In this document: piece after piece, positions 19,893-30,060 of the stretch
Layout: each line of letters opens with the position of its first letter
Numbering within the stretch: the first letter of the stretch is position 1
Source: Oscillospiraceae bacterium
Lineage (GTDB): Bacteria; Bacillota; Clostridia; Oscillospirales; Ruminococcaceae
Assembly: GCA_029007035.1 (NCBI GenBank)
Contig: JAQXHC010000007.1
Span: 874 to 64,873, forward strand
Length of the DNA: 64,000 nucleotides
Direction of reading: 5' to 3'
Position numbers and translations under genes: made by a program
Notes under the pieces: generated by a model
The model's database searches: none
Told to the model about the DNA's origin: nothing
Seen by the model: the letters and a program-made list of their open reading frames with translations, nothing else

Positions 19893-20477
19893 GTGTATAA
19901 TTCCGATGAAAAGAGGAAGCTTTTAAAAGCAAGGCTCTCGCAGAAGCGCTATAATCACAGTGTGAATGTAGCGGAGGAATGCAGAAAGCTTGCCGAAAAA
20001 TACGGCGAAGACCCCGACAGAGCGTATTTTGCAGGACTGCTTCACGATGTCTGCAAGGAACTTCCTGCCGAGGAGCAGAAGCAAATGGTAGTTGACAGCG
20101 GATTTTCGGTTTGCCGCGAGGAGCTTGAAACACATTCGCTCTGGCACGCGATAGCAGGAGCTTCCTATATTAAAAGTGAATACGGAATTGAGGATATTGA
20201 CATAATAAATGCAGTACGTTTTCATACGGTTGGCAGAGCGGGAATGACAAGGCTGGAGGAAATCGTCTATCTCGGCGACCTTATTTCGGCAGACAGAGCT
20301 TACAAGGATGTCGATAAAATGAGAAAATCCGCCTATGCCAGTCTCGATGCGGCGATGCTTGAGGCACTTGCCTTTTCAATTAAGTCGGTCATCAAAAAAG
20401 GCGGGGTGCTTCCTCCTTGCACGGTAGAGGGGTATAATTTTTACACACGGTTATACAAAAGTGAGAAACAGAGATAA
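19893..20477 (+). CDS. yqeK: Ap4A hydrolase, HD domain
   Basis: RYNHS, GLLHDVCK, VRFHTVG; follows nadD. Confidence 0.9.
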   Translation: MYNSDEKRKLLKARLSQKRYNHSVNVAEECRKLAEKYGEDPDRAYFAGLLHDVCKELPAEEQKQMVVDSGFSVCREELETHSLWHAIAGASYIKSEYGIEDIDIINAVRFHTVGRAGMTRLEEIVYLGDLISADRAYKDVDKMRKSAYASLDAAMLEALAFSIKSVIKKGGVLPPCTVEGYNFYTRLYKSEKQR

Positions 20478-20498
20478 CGAGCACCAAGGAGAGATAAA

Positions 20499-21917
20499 AT
20501 GAATAACGAGAATAACTCAAATCAGAATGAAGAACTGAGAGAGCGTATCGAGAGGGCAAGGCAGAAAGCACGCAGAAATCCGCCGGAACATGAAGAAAAA
20601 ACTTCGCTTTATGATGGGAATTCCATCCGGGAAGTTTCTGAAAATTATGAGCCGCAGGAGTATTATGATGATGAAAACGGGTTTGACGCTCCGTACAGCG
20701 ACAAAGGCTGTACAGCGGTAAAAAAATTCTCGAAAAAGGATTTGTTTGTGAAAATCGGAGCGATCCTTATCAGTCTTATTCTGATAATCCTGCTTGTTTT
20801 AAATATGCCGATAATCGCTTACAGTAAGACAGGGGAGCCTGTTGAAAATGTATCTATAATAACATTTTTCAAGCGCTGGCAGCCGCTTAAAAATATCGAG
20901 GGCGAGCTTGCTCCTCACAGCGGAGAAAATCTCAACCTGAATACAGAGCTTGTTACCCCGGATTTCAGCGACGGACTCGACCTGCCGCAGATTATCGAGG
21001 GACAGTATACCGTGCTTTTTCTTGGTTTCGATGAGAAAACTACCAACACCGACGTAAACTGGATATTCCAGTTTGACATCGCAAAGGCAGAGCTGAATGT
21101 ACTCCAGATTCCGCGTGATAGTTTTATGCCGGGTTATACCGATAATATAACAGGAAAGTTCAACAGCATCTACGGCAGCGGCGATAAGGATCTGATTCCG
21201 ATTCAGCGTACCGTTAATGCGGTTCAGGACAATTTCGGAATACCGATTGACGCGTATGTAACGACACACTGCTACGATATTGTCGACATTGTTGATCTTG
21301 TCGGAGGAATTCCGATTACCCTCGATGAGAGTATTGTATACGAGGCAGATAAGATTATCCCCGCAGGCTCAAGTGTACTCAGCGGTCAGCAGGCAGAATG
21401 GTTTGTTCGTTTCCGTCACGGATTTGCGGAGGGAGATATCGGTCGTGTAAAGAATCAGAGAAAATTCCTTGCAGCTGCCATGACCAAGATGATGAACATT
21501 ATCGAGGACGAGGGCAGAATGAAGTTCTACAGCTATCTCAAGGAAATCTATGAGAACGAGTATATCGCTACGAACCTCAGCATCGAGAACATCACGATGA
21601 TAGCCGACCTTGCATCGACCATCCCGATGGATAAGGTTAACGTTACAATGGTTCCCGGTGAAGGCGAATATTACAATGCTCCGGACGGAAAGGCATACTC
21701 AGTGTGGTCGATTCACAAGCAGGCTACCCTTGATATTCTCAACGAAAGCTTCCGCCCGTATCAGAACGACCTTACTCCGGAATACAGCGCGATTATCGAG
21801 CTTACAAGCGATTATTCCTATAATTCATACGACAACACGGGCGATAACCTCCAGGATATTCAGAACGGAGCTAAACCTGGAGAGAATAAACCAAAAGAAA
21901 CAGATTCAACGGAGTAA
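20499..21917 (+). CDS. LytR-CpsA-Psr (LCP) family protein
   Basis: Single TM helix; LFLGFD, NTD, IPRDS, FVRFRH, GDIGRVKNQ. Confidence 0.9.
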   Translation: MNNENNSNQNEELRERIERARQKARRNPPEHEEKTSLYDGNSIREVSENYEPQEYYDDENGFDAPYSDKGCTAVKKFSKKDLFVKIGAILISLILIILLVLNMPIIAYSKTGEPVENVSIITFFKRWQPLKNIEGELAPHSGENLNLNTELVTPDFSDGLDLPQIIEGQYTVLFLGFDEKTTNTDVNWIFQFDIAKAELNVLQIPRDSFMPGYTDNITGKFNSIYGSGDKDLIPIQRTVNAVQDNFGIPIDAYVTTHCYDIVDIVDLVGGIPITLDESIVYEADKIIPAGSSVLSGQQAEWFVRFRHGFAEGDIGRVKNQRKFLAAAMTKMMNIIEDEGRMKFYSYLKEIYENEYIATNLSIENITMIADLASTIPMDKVNVTMVPGEGEYYNAPDGKAYSVWSIHKQATLDILNESFRPYQNDLTPEYSAIIELTSDYSYNSYDNTGDNLQDIQNGAKPGENKPKETDSTE

Positions 21918-21970
21918 TTCCGTTATCTCTGAGAATACACTGAAATTAACCACAGAAAGGCCGGGAATAT

Positions 21971-22345
21971 ATGAATGAAAACGAAAAACTTGAAATAATC
22001 GTCAAAGCGCTCGACAGCAAGCGCGGCGAGGATATACAGGCAATAAAAATAAGCGACCTTACCATACTGGCAGATTATTTTGTAATTGTCAACGGTACGA
22101 GCAATACACATACGCGGACACTTGCGGACGAAGCTGAATTTCAGCTTTCTCAGAAGGGCATTGAGCCGCTCCGCCGCGAGGCTGATACCGGAAATACATG
22201 GATAATCCTTGATTACGGCGATGTAATTGTCCACGTTTTCTATAAAGAAGCGCGCGGATTCTATCAGCTTGAAAGACTCTGGGCAGACGGCGAGCAAGTT
22301 GATATTTCGCAGTATCTTGTAAAGGAGGATATGCATGAGGACTAA
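21971..22345 (+). CDS. rsfS: ribosome silencing factor
   Basis: DSKRGEDI, ADYFVI, WIILDYGDVIVHVF, FYQLERLW. Confidence 0.95.
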   Translation: MNENEKLEIIVKALDSKRGEDIQAIKISDLTILADYFVIVNGTSNTHTRTLADEAEFQLSQKGIEPLRREADTGNTWIILDYGDVIVHVFYKEARGFYQLERLWADGEQVDISQYLVKEDMHED

Positions 22346-22694
22346 CAACTCCACAGGCAGAGGCTTTGCAATGGTAATCGGAATTTACGTTGTAGCAAAA
22401 GCAGTGCTGAACCTGATTCTCGGCGGAAGCTTCACTGATATTATTATCGGAGTTGTTTTTGCGGCTTTCCTTTATACCGGGCTTGAATTTGTAAACTATG
22501 TAATCGCGGCGCTGCTTGTATTGACAATAATCCGTCACATAGGCTATAACGTCTCAAACTTACCGGACACAATAATCTATCTTATTGAAGCGGTAATTGA
22601 CGCGGCTGCGGCAGTTTTGCTGTTCATAAACAAGGATGTAAAGGAGCACTTCACCAATAAGTGGAGCGAGATTAAAAATTTGATCGGCAAATAA
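22335..22694 (+). CDS. small hypothetical membrane protein
   Basis: SD AAGGAGG; about 4 hydrophobic segments; overlaps the end of rsfS. Confidence 0.75.
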   Translation: MRTNNSTGRGFAMVIGIYVVAKAVLNLILGGSFTDIIIGVVFAAFLYTGLEFVNYVIAALLVLTIIRHIGYNVSNLPDTIIYLIEAVIDAAAAVLLFINKDVKEHFTNKWSEIKNLIGK

Positions 22695-22718
22695 TTTCAC
22701 ATAAAGGAATGATATAAT

Positions 22719-25124
22719 ATGAGCAGATACGATTTTAAATCGGTCGAGCAGAAATGGCAGAAATACTGGGATGAGCATGAGAGCTTCAAGGCAAGCGATG
22801 ACTACAGCAAGAAGAAATTCTATGCCCTTGTTGAATTTCCGTATCCCTCGGGACACGGAATGCACGTTGGTCACATCAAGGCTTATTCGGGACTGGAGGT
22901 AGTTTCGAGAAAGAGACGTCTCGAGGGCTATAATGTGCTGTTCCCGATCGGCTTTGACGCATACGGACTCCCGACCGAAAACACAGCTATCAAGGAGAAT
23001 ATCCACCCGAGAATCGTTACCGACAGAAATATTGAAAAGTTCACCAATCAGCTGAGGACAGTGGGATTCTCTTTCGACTGGTCGAGGGTTATCGATACCA
23101 CCGAAGAGGGTTACTATAAATGGACTCAGTGGATTTTCCTTAAAATGTTCGAGAAAGGACTTGTTTTCAGAGACAAGACCTCAGTAAATTACTGTCCGAG
23201 CTGTAAGGTAGTTCTTTCCAACGAGGACTCACAAGGCGGAAAGTGTGATATCTGCCACAGCGATATAGTTCAGAAAACCAAGGAAGTATGGTATCTCAGA
23301 ATCACAGAGTATGCCGACAAGCTGCTTCAGGGACTGGAGGAGGTTGATTATCTCCCGAATGTGAAGCTTCAGCAGCAGAACTGGATCGGCAAGTCCACGG
23401 GTGCTTTCGTTGAATTCACTGTTAAGGAAAACGGCGAGAAACTCAGAATTTATACAACTCGTCCCGACACGCTCTACGGAGTAACATTTATGGTAATGGC
23501 TCCGGAGCATCCGATGATTCAGAAATACCGCGATAAGATTGCAAATATCGCCGAGCTTGACGCATACCGCGAGGAGTGTGCGAAAAAGAGTGAGTTTGAG
23601 AGAACTCAGCTCGTCAAGGATAAGACAGGCGTGAGAATCGACGGTCTGACGGCAATTAATCCGATTACAGGCAAAGAAATCCCTATTTACATATCCGATT
23701 ATGTTATGATGGGATACGGCACAGGCGCAATTATGGCTGTACCTGCTCATGATACCCGTGATTATGATTTTGCAAAGAAGTTTGGTATTGACATTATTGA
23801 GGTAATCAAGGGCGGAGATATCTCGGTCGAGGCATACACAGGCGACGGTGAAATGGTTAATTCGGGCGAGCTGAACGGAATCTCCAACAAAAAGGACGCA
23901 ATTGATAAAATGCTGGGAATCCTCGAGCAGAAAGGCTGCGGCGAAAAGGGCGTACAGTATAAGATGAAAGACTGGGCGTTCAACCGTCAGAGATACTGGG
24001 GCGAGCCTATACCGATAGTTCATTGTCCAAAGTGCGGAATGGTTGCCGTTCCATACGATGAGCTTCCGCTTAAACTGCCCAAGGTCGAGAATTTCGAGCC
24101 TGGTACAGACGGTGAAAGTCCGCTTGCAAAGATCGACAGCTTCGTAAACTGCAAGTGTCCTAAGTGCGGCGGCGATGCCAAGCGCGAGACCGATACAATG
24201 CCTCAGTGGGCAGGCTCGTCATGGTACTTCCTCCGCTATTGCGACCCGAAGAACGACAATGAATTCGCATCGCAGGAGGCTCTGAAATACTGGATGCCTG
24301 TTGACTGGTACAACGGCGGTATGGAGCACGTAACGCGTCACATGATCTATTCGCGTTTCTGGCACAAGTTCCTCTATGATCTGGGACTTGTTCCAACATC
24401 AGAACCTTACGCAAAGAGAACAGCTCAGGGACTTATTCTCGGACCGGACGGCGAAAAGATGAGCAAATCGAGAGGAAATGTAATTGACCCGAACGATGTT
24501 GTTGAGGAGTACGGCGCTGATGTTCTCAGACTTTATGTTCTCTTCATGGGCGACTATGAAAAGGCTGCTCCATGGAGTGAATCAAGCATCAAGGGCTGTA
24601 AGAGATTCCTTGACCGTGTATGGGGACTTCAGGATATGCTTACCGACGGTGATGATTTCAGCAGCAAGCTGAAAGCTCCGTTCCATAAGACGATCAAAAA
24701 GGTAACCGAGGATATAGAGAGCATGAAATTCAACACCGCAATTGCGGCGATGATGACTCTGATCAATGAGATTTACAGCGTCGGTACAATTAACAAGGCT
24801 GAGCTGGGTGCGTTCTGCATAATGCTCAACCCATTTGCGCCGCATATCACCGAGGAAATGTACAGCAATGCATTCGGAAAGGTTCTCAGCGAGCAGAGCT
24901 GGATATCCTACGACGAATCTCTCTGCAGGGATGAGACTATCGAAATTGTTGTTCAGGTCAACGGCAAACTCAGGGCAAAGCTCAATATTGCAGTTGATTC
25001 CGACAAGGATTCCGTAATTGCAGCGGCTCTTGCTGACGAAAAGGTTGCCGAGTCTGTTGAGGGAAGAAATATAGTCAAACAGATATATGTACCAAATAAG
25101 CTTGTTAATATTGTGGCAAAATAA
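22719..25124 (+). CDS. leuS: leucine--tRNA ligase
   Basis: FPYPSG, HVGH, TTRPDT, RQRYWGEPIP, KMSKS. Confidence 0.97.
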   Translation: MSRYDFKSVEQKWQKYWDEHESFKASDDYSKKKFYALVEFPYPSGHGMHVGHIKAYSGLEVVSRKRRLEGYNVLFPIGFDAYGLPTENTAIKENIHPRIVTDRNIEKFTNQLRTVGFSFDWSRVIDTTEEGYYKWTQWIFLKMFEKGLVFRDKTSVNYCPSCKVVLSNEDSQGGKCDICHSDIVQKTKEVWYLRITEYADKLLQGLEEVDYLPNVKLQQQNWIGKSTGAFVEFTVKENGEKLRIYTTRPDTLYGVTFMVMAPEHPMIQKYRDKIANIAELDAYREECAKKSEFERTQLVKDKTGVRIDGLTAINPITGKEIPIYISDYVMMGYGTGAIMAVPAHDTRDYDFAKKFGIDIIEVIKGGDISVEAYTGDGEMVNSGELNGISNKKDAIDKMLGILEQKGCGEKGVQYKMKDWAFNRQRYWGEPIPIVHCPKCGMVAVPYDELPLKLPKVENFEPGTDGESPLAKIDSFVNCKCPKCGGDAKRETDTMPQWAGSSWYFLRYCDPKNDNEFASQEALKYWMPVDWYNGGMEHVTRHMIYSRFWHKFLYDLGLVPTSEPYAKRTAQGLILGPDGEKMSKSRGNVIDPNDVVEEYGADVLRLYVLFMGDYEKAAPWSESSIKGCKRFLDRVWGLQDMLTDGDDFSSKLKAPFHKTIKKVTEDIESMKFNTAIAAMMTLINEIYSVGTINKAELGAFCIMLNPFAPHITEEMYSNAFGKVLSEQSWISYDESLCRDETIEIVVQVNGKLRAKLNIAVDSDKDSVIAAALADEKVAESVEGRNIVKQIYVPNKLVNIVAK

Positions 25125-25152
25125 CGAAGTTTGAATACCTCAAAATTTTTTC

Positions 25153-25181
25153 TTGACATTGAACATTTTTTGTGGTAAACT
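25153..25181 (+). promoter_or_regulatory. sigmaA promoter of rpsU
   Basis: TTGACA-17 nt-TAAACT with an extended -10 TG. Confidence 0.7.
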
Positions 25182-25312
25182 AATATTATATTATTTTTGT
25201 AATGTTATCTGCTGTATGCTTTTTTTGAGGTATGCTGGCTGACACTCTTTTGAGTGATTAGTATAGATTCGGGCAAAACCCGGAAACCTCTGAAACAAGG
25301 GAGGGAAAGATA

Positions 25313-25486
25313 GTGGCAGAAGTTCGTGTAGGCAAAAACGAGTCTTTGGATACAGCTCTTAAAAGATTTAAGAGGTCCTGCGCCAAGGATGGTGTTATAG
25401 CTGAGGTTCGTAAGAGAGAACACTACGAAAAGCCTTCGGTAAAGCGTAAGAAGAAGTCTGAGGCAGCTCGTAAGCGTAAGTATTGA
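25313..25486 (+). CDS. rpsU: 30S ribosomal protein S21 (57 aa)
   Basis: Not in ORF track. GTG after GGGAGG; [57 protein letters not shown]. Confidence 0.97.
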   Translation: MAEVRVGKNESLDTALKRFKRSCAKDGVIAEVRKREHYEKPSVKRKKKSEAARKRKY

Positions 25487-25511
25487 TTTCTTGCGGAATT
25501 TAAATGTTGAT

Positions 25512-25540
25512 AAAAGCGGGCTGCGGCTCGCTTTTTCATT
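25512..25540 (+). terminator. intrinsic terminator after rpsU
   Basis: AAAAGCGGGC-TGCG-GCTCGCTTTTT. Confidence 0.75.
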
Positions 25541-25620
25541 TGGCAGACCATTATTTCGACATATTTTTCGGCAATAATAATGTATAATAGAATTGCCGCT
25601 AATCTATGAGGAGAGAAGAT

Positions 25621-26106
25621 ATGTTATTTAAGTCAACAGCGGCGTTCAGGAGAGTTACGGATATAACTCCCGAAATACTGAAAAAACTGAATATCAGAGG
25701 ACTTATTCTCGACCTCGACAATACGCTGACAACGCACGATAATCCCAGACCCGCTGATGGAGTCCTCGAATGGATAGACCTTATGAAGCGTGAGGGAATA
25801 CGTCTTATGATAGTCTCAAACAATCATCCTCCGAGGGTCAGACCATTTGCTGAAATGCTCGGACTTCCCTTTGTGAGCGAGGGAAAAAAGCCTCTGACAA
25901 AGGGGTTTAAAGAGGCTGCCGCAAAGATGAAGCTGCCCAGAGAAAGCGTTGCGGCTGTGGGAGACCAGATTTTCACCGATGTACTCGGAGCGAATCTTAT
26001 GGGCATAAAGATGCTGTATGTCGTTCCGATCGAACATGAAAAAACAATGTTTTTCAAGGTTAAGCGGAAGCTTGAAATTCCGTTTATCCCTAAAATAGAC
26101 GAATGA
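25621..26106 (+). CDS. yqeG: YqeG-family HAD IIIA phosphatase
   Basis: LDLDNTL, VSNN, KKP, VGDQIFTDVLGAN; start could also be 25606. Confidence 0.9.
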   Translation: MLFKSTAAFRRVTDITPEILKKLNIRGLILDLDNTLTTHDNPRPADGVLEWIDLMKREGIRLMIVSNNHPPRVRPFAEMLGLPFVSEGKKPLTKGFKEAAAKMKLPRESVAAVGDQIFTDVLGANLMGIKMLYVVPIEHEKTMFFKVKRKLEIPFIPKIDE

Positions 26107-26120
26107 ACTGAGGAATAAAT

Positions 26121-26552
26121 ATGATAAAGAAAATTCTTGTGATTCACGGTCCGAACCTCAATCTTCTTGGCGAGCGTGAGCCGAATGTATACGGCAGCTC
26201 AAATATCGGGGTTCTCAACAAAAACATAATGGAACGCGCGGCAGAACAGGGGCTCAGCTGCGAGATATTCCAGTCCAATCACGAGGGAGCTATCATCGAT
26301 AAGCTTCACAGCGCACGGACGAGCTTCGACGGAGTTATTATCAACGCGGGAGCTTATACCCACTACAGCTACGCAATCCGTGACGCGATCGCAGCGATAA
26401 AAATACCCGTAATCGAAGTTCACATCAGTAATATCAATGCCCGCGACGAGTTCCGGAAAAATTCGGTAATTGCGCCTGTATGCGTCGGAAGTATATGCGG
26501 CTTCGGCTTCGGAAGCTATTATCTTGCCGTTCAGGCGATGTCGGAGCTTTGA
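26121..26552 (+). CDS. aroQ: type II 3-dehydroquinate dehydratase
   Basis: HGPNLNLLGEREP, QSNHEG, EVHISN. Confidence 0.96.
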   Translation: MIKKILVIHGPNLNLLGEREPNVYGSSNIGVLNKNIMERAAEQGLSCEIFQSNHEGAIIDKLHSARTSFDGVIINAGAYTHYSYAIRDAIAAIKIPVIEVHISNINARDEFRKNSVIAPVCVGSICGFGFGSYYLAVQAMSEL

Positions 26553-26562
26553 GGTGATGGCA

Positions 26563-27630
26563 ATGAACAGGCTTGAACAGCTGTTTGAGGAACTGCCCGA
26601 TGACAGTGGATGTGCGCTGATAACCTCGGACGTTAATCGCAGATATTTCACCGGAATGAAATCGTCGGACGGACTTGTAGCAGTGTTCAGGGACAAGACA
26701 TATCTGCTGATAGATTTCAGGTATATTGAAAAAGCGCGGGCAACAGTAACAGCAGCAGAGGTTATCGAGGCAAATTCGCCGTACAAAACGCTTTCAGAGC
26801 TTATAAAAAAGCACGGAGTAAAGAAGGTTCATGTCGAAGCCGAAACAATGACTCTTGCTGCTTTTGAGAGGTTAAAAAAGTCGGTAAATGATGTGGAATT
26901 TGACGGTTCGGAGCTGCTGAGTGCCGCGATAAACCGTCTCAGAACGATCAAGGATGACGAGGAGTTAAGATGCATAAAAAAGGCACAGGAAATTGCCGAA
27001 ACCGCCTTTGATGCGATTCTGAATTTTATCAGACCCGGCATTACCGAGCGTGAAATAGCTCTTGAACTGAACAGACAGATGCTCATTAACGGTGCGGAGG
27101 ATATTTCCTTTGAGACAATCGCACTTTCCGGAACAAACACATCGATGCCACACGGCGTTCCGTCGGATAAAATGGTTTGCGAGGGAGAGTTTGTACTTAT
27201 GGACTTCGGAGCAGTGTATAACGGCTATCACAGCGATATGACGAGAACCGTCTGCGTAGGAAAACCGACCGGTGAAATGGAAAAAGTTTATAACACTGTC
27301 CTTGAGGCTCAGCTAAGATGCCTTGAAGCTGCAAAGGCAGGAATTACCGGCGAGGAGCTTGACGCTGCTGCCCGTGCTGTGATAGATTTTGCGGGATATA
27401 AGGATAATTTCGGTCACGCTCTCGGTCATGGAGTCGGTCTTGAAATCCATGAGGGTCCCATTGCAAGTCCGCGCAATAAGGAGAAGCTTAAAGCAGGCTC
27501 GGTTGTTACAATAGAACCGGGAATTTATATTGCCGGAAAATTTGGAGTTCGTATTGAGGATTTTGTCATTTTGACTGAAAATGGGTGTGATAATCTGACA
27601 AAATGTGCAAAAAATATAATATCTTTATAA
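26563..27630 (+). CDS. Xaa-Pro aminopeptidase (M24)
   Basis: DFRY, GYHSDMTRT, HALGHGVGLEIHE, TIEPG, GVRIED. Confidence 0.93.
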   Translation: MNRLEQLFEELPDDSGCALITSDVNRRYFTGMKSSDGLVAVFRDKTYLLIDFRYIEKARATVTAAEVIEANSPYKTLSELIKKHGVKKVHVEAETMTLAAFERLKKSVNDVEFDGSELLSAAINRLRTIKDDEELRCIKKAQEIAETAFDAILNFIRPGITEREIALELNRQMLINGAEDISFETIALSGTNTSMPHGVPSDKMVCEGEFVLMDFGAVYNGYHSDMTRTVCVGKPTGEMEKVYNTVLEAQLRCLEAAKAGITGEELDAAARAVIDFAGYKDNFGHALGHGVGLEIHEGPIASPRNKEKLKAGSVVTIEPGIYIAGKFGVRIEDFVILTENGCDNLTKCAKNIISL

Positions 27631-27714
27631 TAATCTCGCTTTAGGTATTGCAAATTTTTCCTTTCTATGGTAAAATAAAGTATAACTAATTTGAAATTCA
27701 CGGAGGTATTTATA

Positions 27715-28272
27715 ATGATTTCAGCAGGAGATTTCAGAAACGGCGTTACATTTGAAATGGACGGCAACGTAGTTCAGGTCGTTGAGTTTCAGCACGTAAA
27801 GCCGGGTAAGGGCGCTGCGTTCGTAAGAACAAAGTATAAGAATGTAATTACCGGAGCTGTTGTTGAGCAGTCCTTTAACCCTACAGCCAAGTTCCCGACT
27901 GCTTTCGTTGAGAGAAGAGAGATGCAGTACAGCTACAATGACGGCGATCTCTATTACTTCATGGATATGGAAACCTACGAGCAGCTTCCGATCAATTCAT
28001 CTGTTCTCGGCGACAACTTCAAGTTTGTAAAGGAAGAAATGCTTTGTACCGTTCTTTCATATAAGGGCAATGTTTTCGGCGTTGAGCCGCCTAACTTTGT
28101 TGACCTTGTTGTAACAAAGACAGATCCCGGCTTCAAGGGTGATACAGCTACAAACGCTACAAAGCCTGCAACTCTTGAAACAGGTGCAGAGGTCAAGGTT
28201 CCGCTCTTTATAAACGAGGGTGAGACAATCAGAATCGATACAAGAACAGGCGAGTATATGCAGAGAGCATAA
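27715..28272 (+). CDS. efp: elongation factor P
   Basis: [27 protein letters not shown]. Confidence 0.97.
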   Translation: MISAGDFRNGVTFEMDGNVVQVVEFQHVKPGKGAAFVRTKYKNVITGAVVEQSFNPTAKFPTAFVERREMQYSYNDGDLYYFMDMETYEQLPINSSVLGDNFKFVKEEMLCTVLSYKGNVFGVEPPNFVDLVVTKTDPGFKGDTATNATKPATLETGAEVKVPLFINEGETIRIDTRTGEYMQRA

Positions 28273-28326
28273 TCGCACTGTAAAGCCAAACGAAATAAAC
28301 CTTTTAACCGAAAGGGGGAGCTGTTT

Positions 28327-28806
28327 ATGAAGCTTACCGAAAAAATGTCATATTTACAGGGACTTATCGACGGTCTCGATATTGATGATTCCACTAAAGA
28401 GGGCAAGGCACTTATGCAGATGACCGATGTTATGCAGGAGCTTGTCGTTTACATTGAGGATCTTCAGTCACAGGTGGACGAGCTTACCGAGCTCTGCGAC
28501 ATTCTTGACGAGGATCTTGGCTCAGTTGAAGAAGATTTCTACGACTTTGATGAGTGTGACTGCGATGAGTGCGATGGCGACTGTGATTGCTGTGATGATT
28601 GCGATGACGACTACGAGTTCGACGATGATGACGAGCTTTATGAAGTAACCTGCCCCACATGCGGCGATACGATTCTCCTTGACGAGAGCATTATCGACGA
28701 GGGTTCGATGAACTGTCCGAACTGTGATGAGCTTCTTGAGTTCGATTACAATGACCTCACTATTGAAGATTTTGAGGACAGCTCCGAGGATTCCGACGAG
28801 GAATAA
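28327..28806 (+). CDS. CD1247-like acidic protein with Cys/Asp tract and zinc ribbon
   Basis: N-terminal SYLQGLIDGL followed by a coiled coil; CPTC...CPNC; lies next to efp. Confidence 0.8.
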   Translation: MKLTEKMSYLQGLIDGLDIDDSTKEGKALMQMTDVMQELVVYIEDLQSQVDELTELCDILDEDLGSVEEDFYDFDECDCDECDGDCDCCDDCDDDYEFDDDDELYEVTCPTCGDTILLDESIIDEGSMNCPNCDELLEFDYNDLTIEDFEDSSEDSDEE

Positions 28807-28818
28807 TAACAACGATTA

Positions 28819-28849
28819 AAGGCGGATAATTTATCCGCCTTATTTTTTT
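28819..28849 (+). terminator. intrinsic terminator
   Basis: AAGGCGGATA/TATCCGCCTT stem plus T-tract. Confidence 0.75.
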
Positions 28850-28869
28850 CAGATTATTTTGAAAATTTC

Positions 28870-28898
28870 TGTAACGAAACGGAGATTTCGAAGTCTTA
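28870..28898 (+). promoter_or_regulatory. putative ECF-type (autoregulated) promoter
   Basis: TGTAAC-17 nt-GTCT directly upstream of the ECF sigma gene. Confidence 0.55.
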
Positions 28899-28919
28899 TG
28901 TGTGTAAGGGGGTGAAACT

Positions 28920-29408
28920 GTGCAACAGATTGAAGAGCTCTACAATACATACTTTCATGATGTATACCTTTACCTGCTGTCGCTGACTCATCGCGAAGAA
29001 ACAGCCGAGGAAATCACACAGGAAACATTTTTCAAGGCGATGAAATCTGTCGGCAGCTTCAAGGGGGACTGCGATATACGGGTGTGGCTGTGTCAGATTG
29101 CAAAGAATACATATCTGACTCTGGCGAAAAAATCAAATCGTTTCAGCGGCGATGAAGTACCCGAAACCGTTGCCGATTCAACCGTCAGCATTGAAGATTC
29201 GCTTGCCGACACATACCAGTCAATGGCTATACACCGCGTGCTTCACGAACTTGAGGAGCCGTATAAGGAGGTATTCAACCTGCGAGTATTCGGGGAGCTG
29301 TCGTTCGGGCAGATCGCAGAAATCTTCGGAAAGACCGAAAGCTGGGCGCGAGTGGTTTTTCACCGCGGAAAGCTGAAAATAATCAATAAACTGGAGGAAC
29401 AGAAATGA
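28920..29408 (+). CDS. ECF RNA polymerase sigma factor
   Basis: AEEITQETF, WLCQIAKN, region 4 LSFGQIAEIFG. Confidence 0.93.
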   Translation: MQQIEELYNTYFHDVYLYLLSLTHREETAEEITQETFFKAMKSVGSFKGDCDIRVWLCQIAKNTYLTLAKKSNRFSGDEVPETVADSTVSIEDSLADTYQSMAIHRVLHELEEPYKEVFNLRVFGELSFGQIAEIFGKTESWARVVFHRGKLKIINKLEEQK

Positions 29409-30058
29409 ATAAAAATAATTGCGAAGTAATAAAAGATTTGCTTCCTCTTTATTCAGACGGAGTATGCAGTGAGGAAAGCAGAAAAATTGTCGCAGAGCAT
29501 ATTTCACAGTGCAGTGAATGCATGGACGAGCTGGAAAAAATGGGCGGGGAGATTATGTTAACTGCCGATAAGGACGTAAAAGTGATCAAGCGAATCCGCA
29601 GACGTATTGTCATTGAGCGATGGCTTATCGGGGGAGCTGTTGCACTGGCAGCACTTATTTTTTTATGGTTCGGGTATTTTTTCCTCGTAAACACTGATTG
29701 CAGCATGGATTATGAAAGATATAACCTTGCTGAAAACGTATGGGTTGAGGAGTCGGCTAATGGAGATTTGTGGCTCGTTACAAAGGGTGATGCTTCGGCG
29801 GCAGATTTCATTTACCCTGCAATAAGCGATGAAAACGGCAATCTTATGGCAATTGACGATGACTTCGATAAAGACAAAAAGAAGGGATACGGAGTTACGC
29901 TTCATCAGAGGAAAATTGACGCGCTTGCAAAGACTTCGATGTCGGAAGAGATGGAAAAACGGATATTCATAAAGAATAAAAACGACTTTGAATTATCAGA
30001 GATATTCTATTATGATGACGAAAATGATAAACAATACGTATTATGGGAGAGAGAATAA
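29405..30058 (+). CDS. zf-HC2 membrane anti-sigma factor
   Basis: CEVIKDLLPLY...HISQCSEC (HxxxCxxC), one TM helix, extracellular domain. Confidence 0.88.
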   Translation: MNKNNCEVIKDLLPLYSDGVCSEESRKIVAEHISQCSECMDELEKMGGEIMLTADKDVKVIKRIRRRIVIERWLIGGAVALAALIFLWFGYFFLVNTDCSMDYERYNLAENVWVEESANGDLWLVTKGDASAADFIYPAISDENGNLMAIDDDFDKDKKKGYGVTLHQRKIDALAKTSMSEEMEKRIFIKNKNDFELSEIFYYDDENDKQYVLWERE

Positions 30059-30060
30059 TT

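Noticed and set aside
22695-22718. Expected T-box before leuS
   Set aside because: Only a 24-nt gap; leuS appears to be co-transcribed with the upstream operon.
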